Counted from the first letter of the stretch, positions 29,159-40,275 are shown. The stretch is 64,000 nt of DNA from Gammaproteobacteria bacterium (GCA_016744375.1 JADGEM010000011.1:6409-70408); one strand, 5' to 3'. A program made the numbers and translations. The notes: a model not told the origin generated them from the letters alone.

Positions 29159-30481
29159 TCAATACCTACTTATTTCACCTGCATCAGTTAAGCCATAATT
29201 ACTGAGATAGATTTTAGCCATCCGATGAATAACAAGCGCCAAACCAATTGCAAACCACCAATAAACCTCATATAGGTCCATACCAAACAAACCTAAAAAC
29301 AGATGTACGATCAAATAAAATGAAACAGCTTTTGATGCTGCAATCATAAAAGAAATATTTTTCTCATCTTCACATATTTCTCTATTTTCATCCTGTTTTA
29401 TTTTATCTAGAACCTCATAAAGCATTATACGTCCAGATTTCAAAATCTTGAAAAGAGTGGCTATCATTAATAACCAGACAATAAGCCCCTGGATACCTAA
29501 GTTTGTCAAAATTTCTAAATACAAACTATGAGTATCTTGCACTCGCCCAAAGTAAAATGCGCGAATTTTTGGAAATGCATGAATACCAACACCAAAAGGA
29601 TGTTTGATTGAAATATCAATCGCATCTTTAATGATCTGTATTCTTGCATCTGAAGAATGCCCTTCTTTTTCTTTTTGTGTAAAAATTGACTCAAAACGCT
29701 CATAATATTGTTTAGGCAGAAAACTAACTAATAAAATCCCCGAAAAAAGCAGTGCAAAAAATATTTTCATCTTTCCTTGTGATTTAAGTAATAACACGAG
29801 AAAAAAACCCAAAAAGGCAACATACCCCGAGCGGGAACCTGTATAAAGAACCACAATCAACGCAAATACAAACATAACTAGTAAAAATGCTTTAAATAAT
29901 TTGCGAACCTGAAAAAATAAAAAATAGATAAAGGGAATCATAGAAACAGCAAAAGCAGCAAATGAATTAGGATGCTCAAGAATAGGTATTGAACCATGCA
30001 AGCGCATAATTCCCTGGTTTTGCCACACTAAAGAACCACTTATCCAACCATTAACACCCTCAAACAATAATCGGAAACAAACTAACATATAAAATGCTAT
30101 GAAAAAATTAAAGGCTTTAGGTGAACGAATGAATGCCACAATAAACAATGCCAACATTGAAAACTTAAACACTCTGTCAATAAAGAAATTGACTGAGCTA
30201 TCATAATCAAAAGAAAATGGTATCTGTATGATCAAAACGATGTAGTAGAGAATGATATATTTTCTGAGTATTGTTCCTTCATCTTTATGTACGATAAGGG
30301 AGAAAACAGCAATAATGGATAACAATGCACCTAAGACAAACTCAAAACGAATAGCAGCCAGAAAATCAATCCTTACCGCCACTTGTAAAAACTGAGCAGC
30401 CATAAAAACACAGAGTAATAAAACAAATACTTTATTCTCGGTAAATTCTACCATTTCATTATTTTCAGCTTGCCTGATCAA
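29159..30481 (-). CDS. O-antigen ligase / Wzy polymerase family protein
   Basis: About 11 TM segments, HPNSFA, YTGSRSG, periplasmic loop with R..I and GVG, and DTHSLYLEILTNLGIQG. Confidence 0.85.
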   Translation of the reverse strand: MIRQAENNEMVEFTENKVFVLLLCVFMAAQFLQVAVRIDFLAAIRFEFVLGALLSIIAVFSLIVHKDEGTILRKYIILYYIVLIIQIPFSFDYDSSVNFFIDRVFKFSMLALFIVAFIRSPKAFNFFIAFYMLVCFRLLFEGVNGWISGSLVWQNQGIMRLHGSIPILEHPNSFAAFAVSMIPFIYFLFFQVRKLFKAFLLVMFVFALIVVLYTGSRSGYVAFLGFFLVLLLKSQGKMKIFFALLFSGILLVSFLPKQYYERFESIFTQKEKEGHSSDARIQIIKDAIDISIKHPFGVGIHAFPKIRAFYFGRVQDTHSLYLEILTNLGIQGLIVWLLMIATLFKILKSGRIMLYEVLDKIKQDENREICEDEKNISFMIAASKAVSFYLIVHLFLGLFGMDLYEVYWWFAIGLALVIHRMAKIYLSNYGLTDAGEISRY

Positions 30482-31452
30482 TTGCCATATACCTCAGACA
30501 ATAATATTTGAAATTTTATTTCCCATGTTTTATCAATAGTTGCTCGAAATTCAATCATTTCTTGTGTTATTTGAGAATTATTTGACACAGCAGTTCGAAT
30601 GGCGTCTGAAATGCCATCAGCTGAATTATCACAATAAACCGCTCCATTTGAAAAATAGTTTTTCAATGTTTCGGAGTCTGATGTGACTAAAGGTTTCCCG
30701 AGGGATACAGCTTCATATGCACCACATAACAATAAATGATCAGCCGTAGTTAATACAAGAATAATATCGGCCTCATTAAGTAATGACTGGTATTCATCTT
30801 CTCGTAAAAAACCGGTTAATGTCACATTATTTGACCATTCTGCCTCATTAGTATTTTTGGGCTTACCTGTAATAAAAAAATTCAGGGTGGGATTTAATGC
30901 AAATGCTTCTTTGACTGCTTCTAGTGGCTCATCAATAGCATATGAACATATATAAACAATATTGGTCGTCTCATGAGACAAACTATAAGCGCCTGATTGA
31001 CTGAGAGGTAGATGCGGTATGGCATCGGGCAAGACAACAGCCCGCCCTCCCCATGATTCAACTAGTTCTTTTAAATGTGTATTAGTTACTATCGTTAAAT
31101 CTGATTTTTTTATTGTGTATCGACTTATCCTATGGAAAAGCCTCCACTTAAACTGTGGATTTAATGCCTCTGAAAGCCTGAAGTTTGAGTGACGATCAGC
31201 CACTAATTTATAGCGAAAAATTGGTTTTAACCAACATGCTATTAAATTTAACATAATCGATGGATTTTGAATAAAAAGAGTATCCGGCCTTTGTAAAAGC
31301 AAAACCCATAGTGTTTTTAAGCTATTTATGATAACTTTAAGCGCATAAATTTTTCCAGGCAACATCGTGAACAACCTGACATTGAGTCGATTGGACAGTT
31401 CCGTAGTCCGTCTATGCTGTTCCCAGGAAATCCATATTGCTTTTTGTTTCAT
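30478..31452 (-). CDS. GT4-like (GT-B) glycosyltransferase
   Basis: SYAIDEPLE, TGFL..EY and LLCGAYEAVSLGKPLVTSD. Confidence 0.75.
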   Translation of the reverse strand: MKQKAIWISWEQHRRTTELSNRLNVRLFTMLPGKIYALKVIINSLKTLWVLLLQRPDTLFIQNPSIMLNLIACWLKPIFRYKLVADRHSNFRLSEALNPQFKWRLFHRISRYTIKKSDLTIVTNTHLKELVESWGGRAVVLPDAIPHLPLSQSGAYSLSHETTNIVYICSYAIDEPLEAVKEAFALNPTLNFFITGKPKNTNEAEWSNNVTLTGFLREDEYQSLLNEADIILVLTTADHLLLCGAYEAVSLGKPLVTSDSETLKNYFSNGAVYCDNSADGISDAIRTAVSNNSQITQEMIEFRATIDKTWEIKFQILLSEVYGN

Positions 31453-31459
31453 TTGTTCC

Positions 31460-32653
31460 TCAATTCATTTCACTCGTGAAATAATCATGTTTGCCTGATA
31501 ATTTTTTCAATGGGCCATAACTAATATTATAATCTGCATGATATCCCAGCTTTTCATCAAGAATTGACATAATTTTCTCTGTTATCCTCTGAGAGTCTGG
31601 CTCAACATCATCAAGAGTGCAAATTTCAATATTAAATTGCTGAACTGATTTTTGCGTTATTCTGAACTGATGAATTGGCAGCAAGGTTTCATGAATAAGT
31701 TTCATTGCCTCTGAAAAGATCCCTGCATGACAGACTTTCCCTTCGGGGAGATAGACTATTCTTTCTTGTGAGCGGCCATTGACATCGGCAAAATTGTCAC
31801 AAGCCGTATAATAAGCTTTTTTTTCTGAGAATGCAGCACCATCCCCTAGTTGATATCGAGATAATTCCTGATGACAAACATCGGTAATAACCAATTGGCT
31901 ATCTATTTTTTCAATAATTAAGTTTGGGTTAACAATAGTGTAGACACCATTTAGCTTCATCGCAATAATATCAAATTCGGTACATCCATACTCCACCATT
32001 ACAGGGGCCTTAAACACCTGTTCCAATAGTGTGATCTGGAAACCAGCAATGGACTCAGCAGTGCAAATCACAGATTTTAAAGGCGGTGGAGTTATGCCAT
32101 ATTTTTGATAGGCTTTTGCAGTTGCCAAAAGCATTGAGCTATAACCGTACAGATAACTAGGCCGATAAGCAACTAAGCGATACAATGCTTTTTCATCCCA
32201 ACTCATATCACAAAATAGCTTACGATGCAGAATTAAGTTTTTTATACGCTGCTTAAGACCCTGTGTTTCTTTTCTCCCCCAAAACCTTGCCTCACGCTCT
32301 CCCAAACGTATACCCACCTGCTGATAACAATATTGCCGGACAGCTTGTTGATCAGCAATTTGTTGCCGTGAAAAAGTTAAAACCATTGGAATACCACTAC
32401 TACCCGAAGTTTTGCGAGTTACAAAAGCCGTTCCTCTTGTTTCATTATCACGTATAAAATCTTGTTTGGTTAACAGTGGATGGCTATTAAGATAAGAGCT
32501 AATATCAGTGCCTAAAGCAGTAGTATGGTAGCCAGAAAGAGACGCACAGTTTTGCATCAGGGCTTTCACCTTTTTATAACTCTGTTTAAATGGGATTCCT
32601 TGAAATAAAAATGCAAGAGGAAAGACCATTCTAGTGTAAAGGAAATTAATCAT
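31460..32653 (-). CDS. CapK / phenylacetate-CoA ligase-like adenylate-forming enzyme
   Basis: KTSGSSG, YGCTEF and RYQLGD. Confidence 0.82.
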   Translation of the reverse strand: MINFLYTRMVFPLAFLFQGIPFKQSYKKVKALMQNCASLSGYHTTALGTDISSYLNSHPLLTKQDFIRDNETRGTAFVTRKTSGSSGIPMVLTFSRQQIADQQAVRQYCYQQVGIRLGEREARFWGRKETQGLKQRIKNLILHRKLFCDMSWDEKALYRLVAYRPSYLYGYSSMLLATAKAYQKYGITPPPLKSVICTAESIAGFQITLLEQVFKAPVMVEYGCTEFDIIAMKLNGVYTIVNPNLIIEKIDSQLVITDVCHQELSRYQLGDGAAFSEKKAYYTACDNFADVNGRSQERIVYLPEGKVCHAGIFSEAMKLIHETLLPIHQFRITQKSVQQFNIEICTLDDVEPDSQRITEKIMSILDEKLGYHADYNISYGPLKKLSGKHDYFTSEMN

Positions 32654-33758
32654 GGGCTAGTGCTTTCTGGTAGAAAGAGCTATATTTATTAGCCATGGCA
32701 GCACTTGAATAGAGCCTTATAAAACTCAATTTTGCTTGCTCAAATGGTTCTTTACTCAATAAAGTTGAACTTATACCTTGAGACAATTCCTCGGGTTCAT
32801 CAGCGGCTACAAGTTGCCCAAGCTGCCCATGCTCAAGCAACGAGGGAATCCCTCCAACTTGTGTTGCAACTATAGGGCATTCAGCACGCATACATTCAAG
32901 TAATGTAATGGGTAAACCTTCTGTTCGTGAGCTATTAACAAAGACATCAAATAATGGAATGTATTGACTAGCATGTTGCACATAACCAACAAACCATACT
33001 GATTTTTCAATACCTAACTTACTTGCCTGCTCCATAAATTCATCTCGTAATCTACCTGTACCCATAATAACTAAATGAGCACCAGGAATTTTTTTTAAAA
33101 CATGGGGCCATGCCGCTAATAAAACATCATATCCTTTTTCATAAGATAGCCGGCCAATCGCTCCAACAACTGGTGCAGATTGCTTCAGAAACCTTAATTT
33201 TTTGCTCAAGTCATTATAAGGTATCTCTGGTAACTCTGTAGAAATCCCATTTTGAATAACTGATAACTTCTGTAATGTCTTCCCTTTTATAGCAGGGTGA
33301 GAACACATGGTTTCTGAAACAACCGCAATGCCAGCCGCTCTGGAAAGCAATAATGAATCTAATTTTTCATAAAACCATATTTTCGTCCAGTACTTAATTG
33401 ATGTCCATCCATGCAATGTTATCACATAAGGCATTTTTCGAACAAAAGAAGGCAGCAAGCCAAATAAGATATTTGCCTTGTAACCATGGGAATGAAGAAT
33501 ATCAAACTTATCTTTTTTGGCAAAAGATAATATTTTCAAGGCACCCACAAGATTGGGGCCCGCGCGCATTCTAAAAAGATGAACCGGTACATTTTCAGTC
33601 CGGCAGATTTTTTCAATGGGCTTTTCTTTATCGTATAGTGTTCCTATACTGCAGATTTGAGCATCCATGCCTTGTTTCCTCTGTTCTTTAACCAGTTCAA
33701 GTAAAACTGCTTCGGCACCATAGAATCCGCCACTGTCAATTAAATGAAGAATTTTCAT
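32646..33758 (-). CDS. GT4 glycosyltransferase
   Basis: GGFYGAE, LHSHGYK, GRLSYEKG and SSRTEGLPITLLECM. Confidence 0.93.
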   Translation of the reverse strand: MKILHLIDSGGFYGAEAVLLELVKEQRKQGMDAQICSIGTLYDKEKPIEKICRTENVPVHLFRMRAGPNLVGALKILSFAKKDKFDILHSHGYKANILFGLLPSFVRKMPYVITLHGWTSIKYWTKIWFYEKLDSLLLSRAAGIAVVSETMCSHPAIKGKTLQKLSVIQNGISTELPEIPYNDLSKKLRFLKQSAPVVGAIGRLSYEKGYDVLLAAWPHVLKKIPGAHLVIMGTGRLRDEFMEQASKLGIEKSVWFVGYVQHASQYIPLFDVFVNSSRTEGLPITLLECMRAECPIVATQVGGIPSLLEHGQLGQLVAADEPEELSQGISSTLLSKEPFEQAKLSFIRLYSSAAMANKYSSFYQKALAHD

Positions 33759-34717
33759 GATAACGTCTGATATCGTATGCCATAGATGACTTTCTCAAAC
33801 TCATAAAAATTTGTGCCTATAGGGTAGCGTGTGATCCCCCATATATCTTCCAAAGGACGAGCTGAGGGGTAGGCAGTAATGCCATAGTCATATTCCGCTG
33901 CCTGCAGGGCATTTACTGTTTCATCATTGAAGTCATCAGGCAGACCATTGGGATAACAAAATCCTTTAACCGGTTGCTGAAGATGCGCTTCAATGAGTGA
34001 TTTAGAGTCAGATACTTCTTGTATCAGGGCATCACCTGATACCTGAGACATTAAAATATGGGACATTGAATGACATTCAATGTCAACAATGCTGGAGGAC
34101 ATTTCTTTTAATTGCTCCCATGAAACCAGTTGATATTCATCGGGTACTTCGTCTGGCAAAATCACTTTCAGCTGAGTTTGCAAGTCAGAAAAAAATTCTT
34201 CTCGCTTTAATTGCGTCAGCGTCAAGCAGTGATCGGCTATTACTTCCCAAGTGTTCTGGGCCTTTACTTCCAGCCCTCCCATGGGTGTTGATATTGTTTT
34301 TTCCTGACTATAATCCAGTAAATAACGCAATTGATCCGGCCAGAACCAGAGTCTTTGTTCCACAAATCCCGCAGTTACAAAAAAGGTCACCGGCAGCTCT
34401 AATTCACGCATAATTGGGTATACATGGTCATAAAAATCCAGATAACCATCATCAAACGTAACCACGATAGTGTTTTCAGGGATTGATTTATTCTGTTTGT
34501 ACTGTGATATCAGTGCCTTTAACGATATCACGTTGAATTGCTGTTTTATCTGTTTCATCTGCTTGAGAAATTCATCGGGATGAATTGCACGGCCGGAAGC
34601 ATCCGGAAAAACCCGATGATACATTAGAATTCTAGGATGATGCCGTGCCAGCCATTTAAAAACATGGAAGCCCCCGCTCATCTTACTTATATAGAACAGA
34701 ATTTTATTCAGTATCAT
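33755..34717 (-). CDS. Polysaccharide deacetylase (CE4/NodB)
   Basis: LMYHRV, VTFDDGY, HSMSH and FCYPNG. Confidence 0.92.
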   Translation of the reverse strand: MILNKILFYISKMSGGFHVFKWLARHHPRILMYHRVFPDASGRAIHPDEFLKQMKQIKQQFNVISLKALISQYKQNKSIPENTIVVTFDDGYLDFYDHVYPIMRELELPVTFFVTAGFVEQRLWFWPDQLRYLLDYSQEKTISTPMGGLEVKAQNTWEVIADHCLTLTQLKREEFFSDLQTQLKVILPDEVPDEYQLVSWEQLKEMSSSIVDIECHSMSHILMSQVSGDALIQEVSDSKSLIEAHLQQPVKGFCYPNGLPDDFNDETVNALQAAEYDYGITAYPSARPLEDIWGITRYPIGTNFYEFEKVIYGIRYQTLS

Positions 34718-34726
34718 CCTACAATC

Positions 34727-35626
34727 CTACACCTTTCGAATAACCAGTTTAATCAAGGCTTTCCAGGTCGGCCAATAGCCTGGGTCATAGCGCATTGATT
34801 TGAGCAAATAGGTGAATGGTTGCCAGATTTTGCCTTCGCCTTTAGCAATGGCCATCGCCAAATTGGTATAGGTATCGGCCCAGGCGGCACTGACTAAATC
34901 ACGAGCCACTACATCTGGATGCTGCTGTAAAAACTTGTTCATTATTTTTTCAGCATTGGCATATCGCCCACGATAATTTGATGACATCTGGCCAGACCAG
35001 ATCCGATAAATATAGGTTTTATCCGGGATATACTGAAATTCATATTCAATGGAGTAACGTAACCATAAATCCCAGTCAATACCCATCGGCAAAGCTTCAT
35101 CAAAACCACCCAGTTTATCGATACATTCATGGCGAATAACTGCAGTGCCAAATGGAATAAAATTCTTGTGGATCAATTTGTCGGTGATCTGTCCACTATA
35201 GCGTGCATAGGGCTGCGGCTTTTCCAATGGCTGTCCATTTTCATCAATATAGCTGACCTCAGAATAGACCACACCCACTTTTGGATCATCAAAACAGACC
35301 AGCTGTTTTTTTAATTTATCCACATGCCAAAGGTCGTCAGCATCACAAAAAGCAATAAATTCACCCTGACATGCCTTGAGGCCGGCATTTTTTGCTTTAG
35401 GTTGGCCCCTATTTTCCTGTGGCAGGTAGTGGACTCTGGGATCTTTTATAAATTCAGCCATGACCTCAGAAGTATTATCTTCCGAGCCATCATCAATAAC
35501 AATAACCTCGTAATTATTATAGCTCTGCGCTAAAACAGAACGCATTGTTTCGGCCAGGTACTGTCCCATATTGTAGGTCGCAATAACCACACTGACAAAT
35601 GGCTCATTCATTCTTTCACCCTGCAA
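34727..35626 (-). CDS. GT2 glycosyltransferase
   Basis: VSVVIATYN, VIDDGS, FCDADD and DWDLWLR. Confidence 0.93.
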   Translation of the reverse strand: MQGERMNEPFVSVVIATYNMGQYLAETMRSVLAQSYNNYEVIVIDDGSEDNTSEVMAEFIKDPRVHYLPQENRGQPKAKNAGLKACQGEFIAFCDADDLWHVDKLKKQLVCFDDPKVGVVYSEVSYIDENGQPLEKPQPYARYSGQITDKLIHKNFIPFGTAVIRHECIDKLGGFDEALPMGIDWDLWLRYSIEYEFQYIPDKTYIYRIWSGQMSSNYRGRYANAEKIMNKFLQQHPDVVARDLVSAAWADTYTNLAMAIAKGEGKIWQPFTYLLKSMRYDPGYWPTWKALIKLVIRKV

Positions 35627-36957
35627 ATAGAAAATCGATATTTTCCAGAAATTTCTTGTGGAATGTGCTCAACATCCTGCACTTTATAATTCACTGCCTC
35701 ACCAAAGACAAGGGTTAATTCGTCCTCCAGTTGTTTGTCGGTGTCTTGCTGAAAATCCTGACCTTTTACACGATTAATGACCAGATCTTCCATACTTTCC
35801 TGAACAAGCTGCATCTGCTCTATGCCTGGAATTTTTGTTAAAGTGCGTTCCACCAGTGAGATGCCTGAAACCATATCTCCAGAAGATGTCAGCAGAAAGT
35901 CAGCCACCCGACCTTCCAGTTTTTCCATCATGGGTTGACCGCGGCCACAGGCACATGTGCGCTGTGAAGGCACACCAACATCGCCCACCTGATAACGCAG
36001 CAGCGGCATTCCATGATTATTAAAATCAGTGACCGTAATTTTACCGGCTTCCCCTGGAGCAACTGGTTTATCGGCATCATCCAGGAATTCAATGTACAGG
36101 TGTTCAATATTTAAGTGAAAACCATTGTGCTGCTCACATTCACTGGCAATTAAGCCCACTTCTTCACAGCCGTAGCGATCCGTGACAGCACATTGAAACA
36201 TCTTCTCAATGACCCGACGCTCATGCTGCAGTAACATCATTGAGGTTGCAATCACCGCATTGGGGCGTAAGTCTGTAATCTTTTTTTGCTGTAGAAACCG
36301 GGCAAAGACATAAATCGAATGCGCATGCCCGAAAATGGCTTTTGGGGGTTCTTCTCGCCACTGCTCAACAAAGGCTTGCATGGATGATTCACTCAGCGCC
36401 ATAGTATCCAGATATATCATGCGATCCAGGCAAAAATTCCTGATTTTTTGTTTCAGGGTACGTGCCACGGGAGGATTACCCCATAATGCGGCTCGTTTTT
36501 GGCCCATCAACCACCCGGCCCACATATCGCTGTGGATGGCGGCGGCATTTCGGTTTTCCTGACAGGTTTCGTCAAAATACAAATCTAATGACACCCCTGT
36601 GGACCCCCCTGTCTTTGCCCGAACTAATTGTTTCTGCTCATATTCTGAGCTAATGAAATCCGATAGATGATTACGAATATCAAGCTTACTGGTCACAGGA
36701 ATTTTCTGAAAATCATCAACGCTCTTAATATCATTCACATTGATATTATGTGTTTGAAATAAAGCATTATAATAGGGAGAATGTTCAGCAGCATAACGCA
36801 CAGTTGACATGAGCTTATCCCATTGCAAATGCTGCAGATCTTTCAATGGTAGCCATTGGCTTTGTTGTAATTCTGATAATACCTTGAGCTTTTGACTCTT
36901 ATCACGCCAGTCCCACAGCGGATAGAAAATATACCTCGATATTTGTTCAATTATCAT
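35608..36957 (-). CDS. Second CapK / phenylacetate-CoA ligase-like adenylate-forming enzyme
   Basis: KTGGSTG, RYGCEEVG, LLRYQVGD, EGRVAD and SGKYRF. Confidence 0.88.
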   Translation of the reverse strand: MIIEQISRYIFYPLWDWRDKSQKLKVLSELQQSQWLPLKDLQHLQWDKLMSTVRYAAEHSPYYNALFQTHNINVNDIKSVDDFQKIPVTSKLDIRNHLSDFISSEYEQKQLVRAKTGGSTGVSLDLYFDETCQENRNAAAIHSDMWAGWLMGQKRAALWGNPPVARTLKQKIRNFCLDRMIYLDTMALSESSMQAFVEQWREEPPKAIFGHAHSIYVFARFLQQKKITDLRPNAVIATSMMLLQHERRVIEKMFQCAVTDRYGCEEVGLIASECEQHNGFHLNIEHLYIEFLDDADKPVAPGEAGKITVTDFNNHGMPLLRYQVGDVGVPSQRTCACGRGQPMMEKLEGRVADFLLTSSGDMVSGISLVERTLTKIPGIEQMQLVQESMEDLVINRVKGQDFQQDTDKQLEDELTLVFGEAVNYKVQDVEHIPQEISGKYRFSICRVKE

Positions 36958-36969
36958 TCGAATTCCCTT

Positions 36970-38046
36970 CTATGAAGTAACTTGCTGATACACATTTAAG
37001 GTTTCCATCACCATATTGTCTATCGTAAATTGATTAATAATTTTCTCATAGCCTTTCTGGCCAAATTCTTCTGCCTGCTGCTTATCCTGTAAGAGTTGTA
37101 TCAAATACCCAGCTAAGGCATCAATATCACCGACTCGATATAGGAAGCCATTGCAATCCGACTCAACCAGTTCAGGGTTACCACCGACATTTGAACAGAC
37201 AACTGGCTTACGATGTGCCATATATTCCATAATGGCATTTGACAAGCCTTCTGATTCCGAACATAAAACGGCCACCTGAAATTTTTTGATATAGTCCGTT
37301 ACATGCTCCTGAGCACCGGCAAAATGGACTGCATCCTGTACACCACACTGGGCAGCCAATAATTCAAGAGCTTCTGCATCACCGCTACCAACAAATACGA
37401 CGCTAGCATCAGACACTTTCTGTCTCACTATTTTCAGTGCTCTGATTAAATCTGCAAATCGCTTAATCGGGCGAATATTGGCAACCAGCCCAATTTGATT
37501 CTCATTGTATGAACTATGTGTCTCAGGTATCTTATTTTGTGGCAGTCCATTATAGACTACATAGACCTGCTGCTCTGGTATATTCTCATGTTCAATTGTC
37601 ACACGCTTAACGGCCTGACTATTGCAAATACATCCCTGGTGAAATTTTGCATTAAAACGTAGAATTTTCAGTACATTTTTTGTGTACCAGAACCCCATAT
37701 CTCTTCTTGAGATAATCACCTTTAGACCAAAGAATCTCAATATTGCTGGAGCAATCACTGAGGCATCATTAAAATAAATATGCACCAGTTCAAATTGATT
37801 GCGACGACAATATAAGGCCAGTTTTACCAGACGAATAAGCGTCATTATATGGAACATTTTTGAGATATTCAGGTTCATGACCTTACAGGGGAACTGACCT
37901 GATTCTGTATAGTCGCTGGAACGGAATACTGCTAATTCTGTATGGATATTTTTTTTCTGCAGACCATTTACTAATGCATAAAGCTGTCCTTCTGTCCCAG
38001 CATATGGGCTTTTAAAATGATCCATTAAAAAAAAGATTTTATTCAT
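36970..38046 (-). CDS. GT4 glycosyltransferase
   Basis: AGTEGQ, SRRDMG, ANIRPIK and SESEGLSNAIMEYM. Confidence 0.93.
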   Translation of the reverse strand: MNKIFFLMDHFKSPYAGTEGQLYALVNGLQKKNIHTELAVFRSSDYTESGQFPCKVMNLNISKMFHIMTLIRLVKLALYCRRNQFELVHIYFNDASVIAPAILRFFGLKVIISRRDMGFWYTKNVLKILRFNAKFHQGCICNSQAVKRVTIEHENIPEQQVYVVYNGLPQNKIPETHSSYNENQIGLVANIRPIKRFADLIRALKIVRQKVSDASVVFVGSGDAEALELLAAQCGVQDAVHFAGAQEHVTDYIKKFQVAVLCSESEGLSNAIMEYMAHRKPVVCSNVGGNPELVESDCNGFLYRVGDIDALAGYLIQLLQDKQQAEEFGQKGYEKIINQFTIDNMVMETLNVYQQVTS

Positions 38047-38060
38047 TATCCAACTCTTTG

Positions 38061-39215
38061 CTAGCTACGGGGCTTCCAGATCACTTGTTTTTCTTTTTTC
38101 ACATATCGTATAAATGCATGAGCTGATGAAATATTGAGCAATGCAAAATAGTACGGTAAAGAAAAATACACAGGGCTATTAGTCTGTCCTCTTCTTAAAA
38201 AGCCCATATAAGCAAAAACATAGAAAAGGCATTGCAGGAAAAAAATTAATTGATACAAAGGGTGCTCTGAAAAAAGCACGACATTTAAAGCAAAGAGTGC
38301 AATGAGAGGCATAAACGCCAGATAGCGTAATAGTTTGTGTGACAGGAGTTGTATTGAGAACAGACCAAAACGAAACGGGTTAAATAATTGCCTCATATCA
38401 TGCAGTGCCCACATTGCCCTGAGGCCCACACGTACCCGCATTCGATATTCCTGAGAGTCATCACTGACCACATGCTCTTTCAGGATGGCCTTTGATTCAT
38501 ATGAGACTTTATAGCCCTGTTCCACCACTTTCAGCGGCTGCACAAAATCCGGCAGCTGATCGGCATTCAGTGATTGATAGAGGGTCTTACGCATGGCATC
38601 AATACCACCATCGACACCTATTACTGAACCAATGCAGGTTTCTGCTGAACGAATAATATTTTCATATTTCATATACGAGCTGCAGCCGTCACCAACCATG
38701 GAACCATCCGCATTGACATAGACCATTTTTCCAGTCACATAGCCAACGTCTGGATTAAAAAAATTGGCAACCAAATAGCTCAGCGCATCCTCTTGATAGA
38801 GTGAGTTTGCATCTGAAAAGACAATAATTTCACCACTTGCCATCGGTACTATTTGATTCAAGCCCGAGGTTTTACCCTGACGGGGGGCTTGCCTGAACAG
38901 GGTAACTGGGATTTCTGCATTGGAAAAAGATTGCACAATCTCATCGGTTTTATCAGTGGATTCATCTGAGACAACAATGAGTTCAAATTTGCTTTTGGGG
39001 TATTTTAACTCGATTTTATTCTGGATTGTTGCCCTAATGTCTTTTTCTTCATTATAGGCGGCGATCAATATACTCACAGTGGGTTCATATGAATCATCAG
39101 GATCTATGGTGTTTGAATTCATAGCCAATAGTTTTATGATTAGTGGGTAACCTATGTAAATATAAAAAACACAGAAGGCACATAACCAAAAGGTGATTAT
39201 TGTTATCATACTCAA
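38061..39215 (-). CDS. GT2 glycosyltransferase with flanking TM helices
   Basis: ILIAAYNEE, VVSDES, FSDAN, DGGIDA and RMRVR. Confidence 0.9.
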   Translation of the reverse strand: MSMITIITFWLCAFCVFYIYIGYPLIIKLLAMNSNTIDPDDSYEPTVSILIAAYNEEKDIRATIQNKIELKYPKSKFELIVVSDESTDKTDEIVQSFSNAEIPVTLFRQAPRQGKTSGLNQIVPMASGEIIVFSDANSLYQEDALSYLVANFFNPDVGYVTGKMVYVNADGSMVGDGCSSYMKYENIIRSAETCIGSVIGVDGGIDAMRKTLYQSLNADQLPDFVQPLKVVEQGYKVSYESKAILKEHVVSDDSQEYRMRVRVGLRAMWALHDMRQLFNPFRFGLFSIQLLSHKLLRYLAFMPLIALFALNVVLFSEHPLYQLIFFLQCLFYVFAYMGFLRRGQTNSPVYFSLPYYFALLNISSAHAFIRYVKKEKQVIWKPRS

Positions 39216-39242
39216 ACGCCTGGATTGATAAAGCCGCTGTTA

Positions 39243-40271
39243 TTAAGTTAAATCCTGAACGTACCAGTCCATTGCTTCTTCCAGGCCGGCATCAATGACA
39301 TGCGTTGGTTGATAGCCCAGCAACTCCTCCGCTTTGGAGATATTTGCTTGAGAATGACGGACATCTCCAGCGCGAAAGTTTCTATAAACAGGTTCCATTT
39401 CTTTTAGCTCAGGGACTCTGGCTCTCAATTTATCCTGAATAAAATGAAACAGTTCATTTAAGGAGGTTCGATGATTTAAAGCAACATTATAAACCTGGTT
39501 ACTAGCGCCCTCATTGTCTGTAGTAGCTGCAAGAATATTAATCTGCATAACATTTTTGATGTAACAAAAGTCCCGACTGGTTTCACCATCGCCATTGATG
39601 TATACTTCTTCGCCCTTCAAAAGGCTGGCAACCCACTTAGGGATCACGGCAGCATATGCACCTTGCGGATCTTGTCGCTGGCCAAAAATGTTAAAATATC
39701 TGAGGCCTATGGATTTAAAGCCATAGGTTTTTTCAAAGACTTCTGCATAGAGTTCATTAACCAGTTTTGTTACTGCATAAGGTGACAGTGGGCTACCGAT
39801 TTTATCTTCTTCTTTGGGCAGGTCCGGGTGATCACCATAGGTTGAGCTTGATGCTGCATAAACAAATCGCTGAACCCGGGCATCTTTCGCTGCAACGAGC
39901 ATATTCAGAAAACCTGAGATGTTATTTTCATTGGTGGTAATAGGATCTTCAATGGATCGAGGCACGGAACCCAGCGCTGCCTGATGCAGCACATAATCAA
40001 CGCCGCTGCAGGCCTTTACGCAGGTTTCAGGGTTGCGGATATCACCTTCGATAAAGATGAAATTATTCCATTGCTCTGCGGAGACGAGTTCATTTACCTG
40101 ATCAAAGTTATGTTGATGGCCGGTTGAAAAATTATCCAGCCCAATGACTTTTTGATTAGCCGCAAGTAATGTTTCCAGCAGGTTTGAACCAATAAAACCC
40201 GCAACGCCTGTAATCAGCCATGTTTTGGGCTTAGCGGCAAGTTCACTCAGTGTTTCATCGTATTTGTTCAT
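39243..40271 (-). CDS. tviC: UDP-GlcNAc(A) C4 epimerase (TviC/WbpP)
   Basis: [28 protein letters not shown] (YxxxK) and GDGETSRDF; adjacent to tviB. Confidence 0.9.
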   Translation of the reverse strand: MNKYDETLSELAAKPKTWLITGVAGFIGSNLLETLLAANQKVIGLDNFSTGHQHNFDQVNELVSAEQWNNFIFIEGDIRNPETCVKACSGVDYVLHQAALGSVPRSIEDPITTNENNISGFLNMLVAAKDARVQRFVYAASSSTYGDHPDLPKEEDKIGSPLSPYAVTKLVNELYAEVFEKTYGFKSIGLRYFNIFGQRQDPQGAYAAVIPKWVASLLKGEEVYINGDGETSRDFCYIKNVMQINILAATTDNEGASNQVYNVALNHRTSLNELFHFIQDKLRARVPELKEMEPVYRNFRAGDVRHSQANISKAEELLGYQPTHVIDAGLEEAMDWYVQDLT

Positions 40272-40275
40272 TTAG

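Noticed and set aside
34717-34731. Tandem TCCTACA copies at the GT2/deacetylase junction
   Set aside because: They are explained by stop-codon and RBS sequence (TGTAGGAT x2) at a gene junction and were not counted toward the promoter motif.
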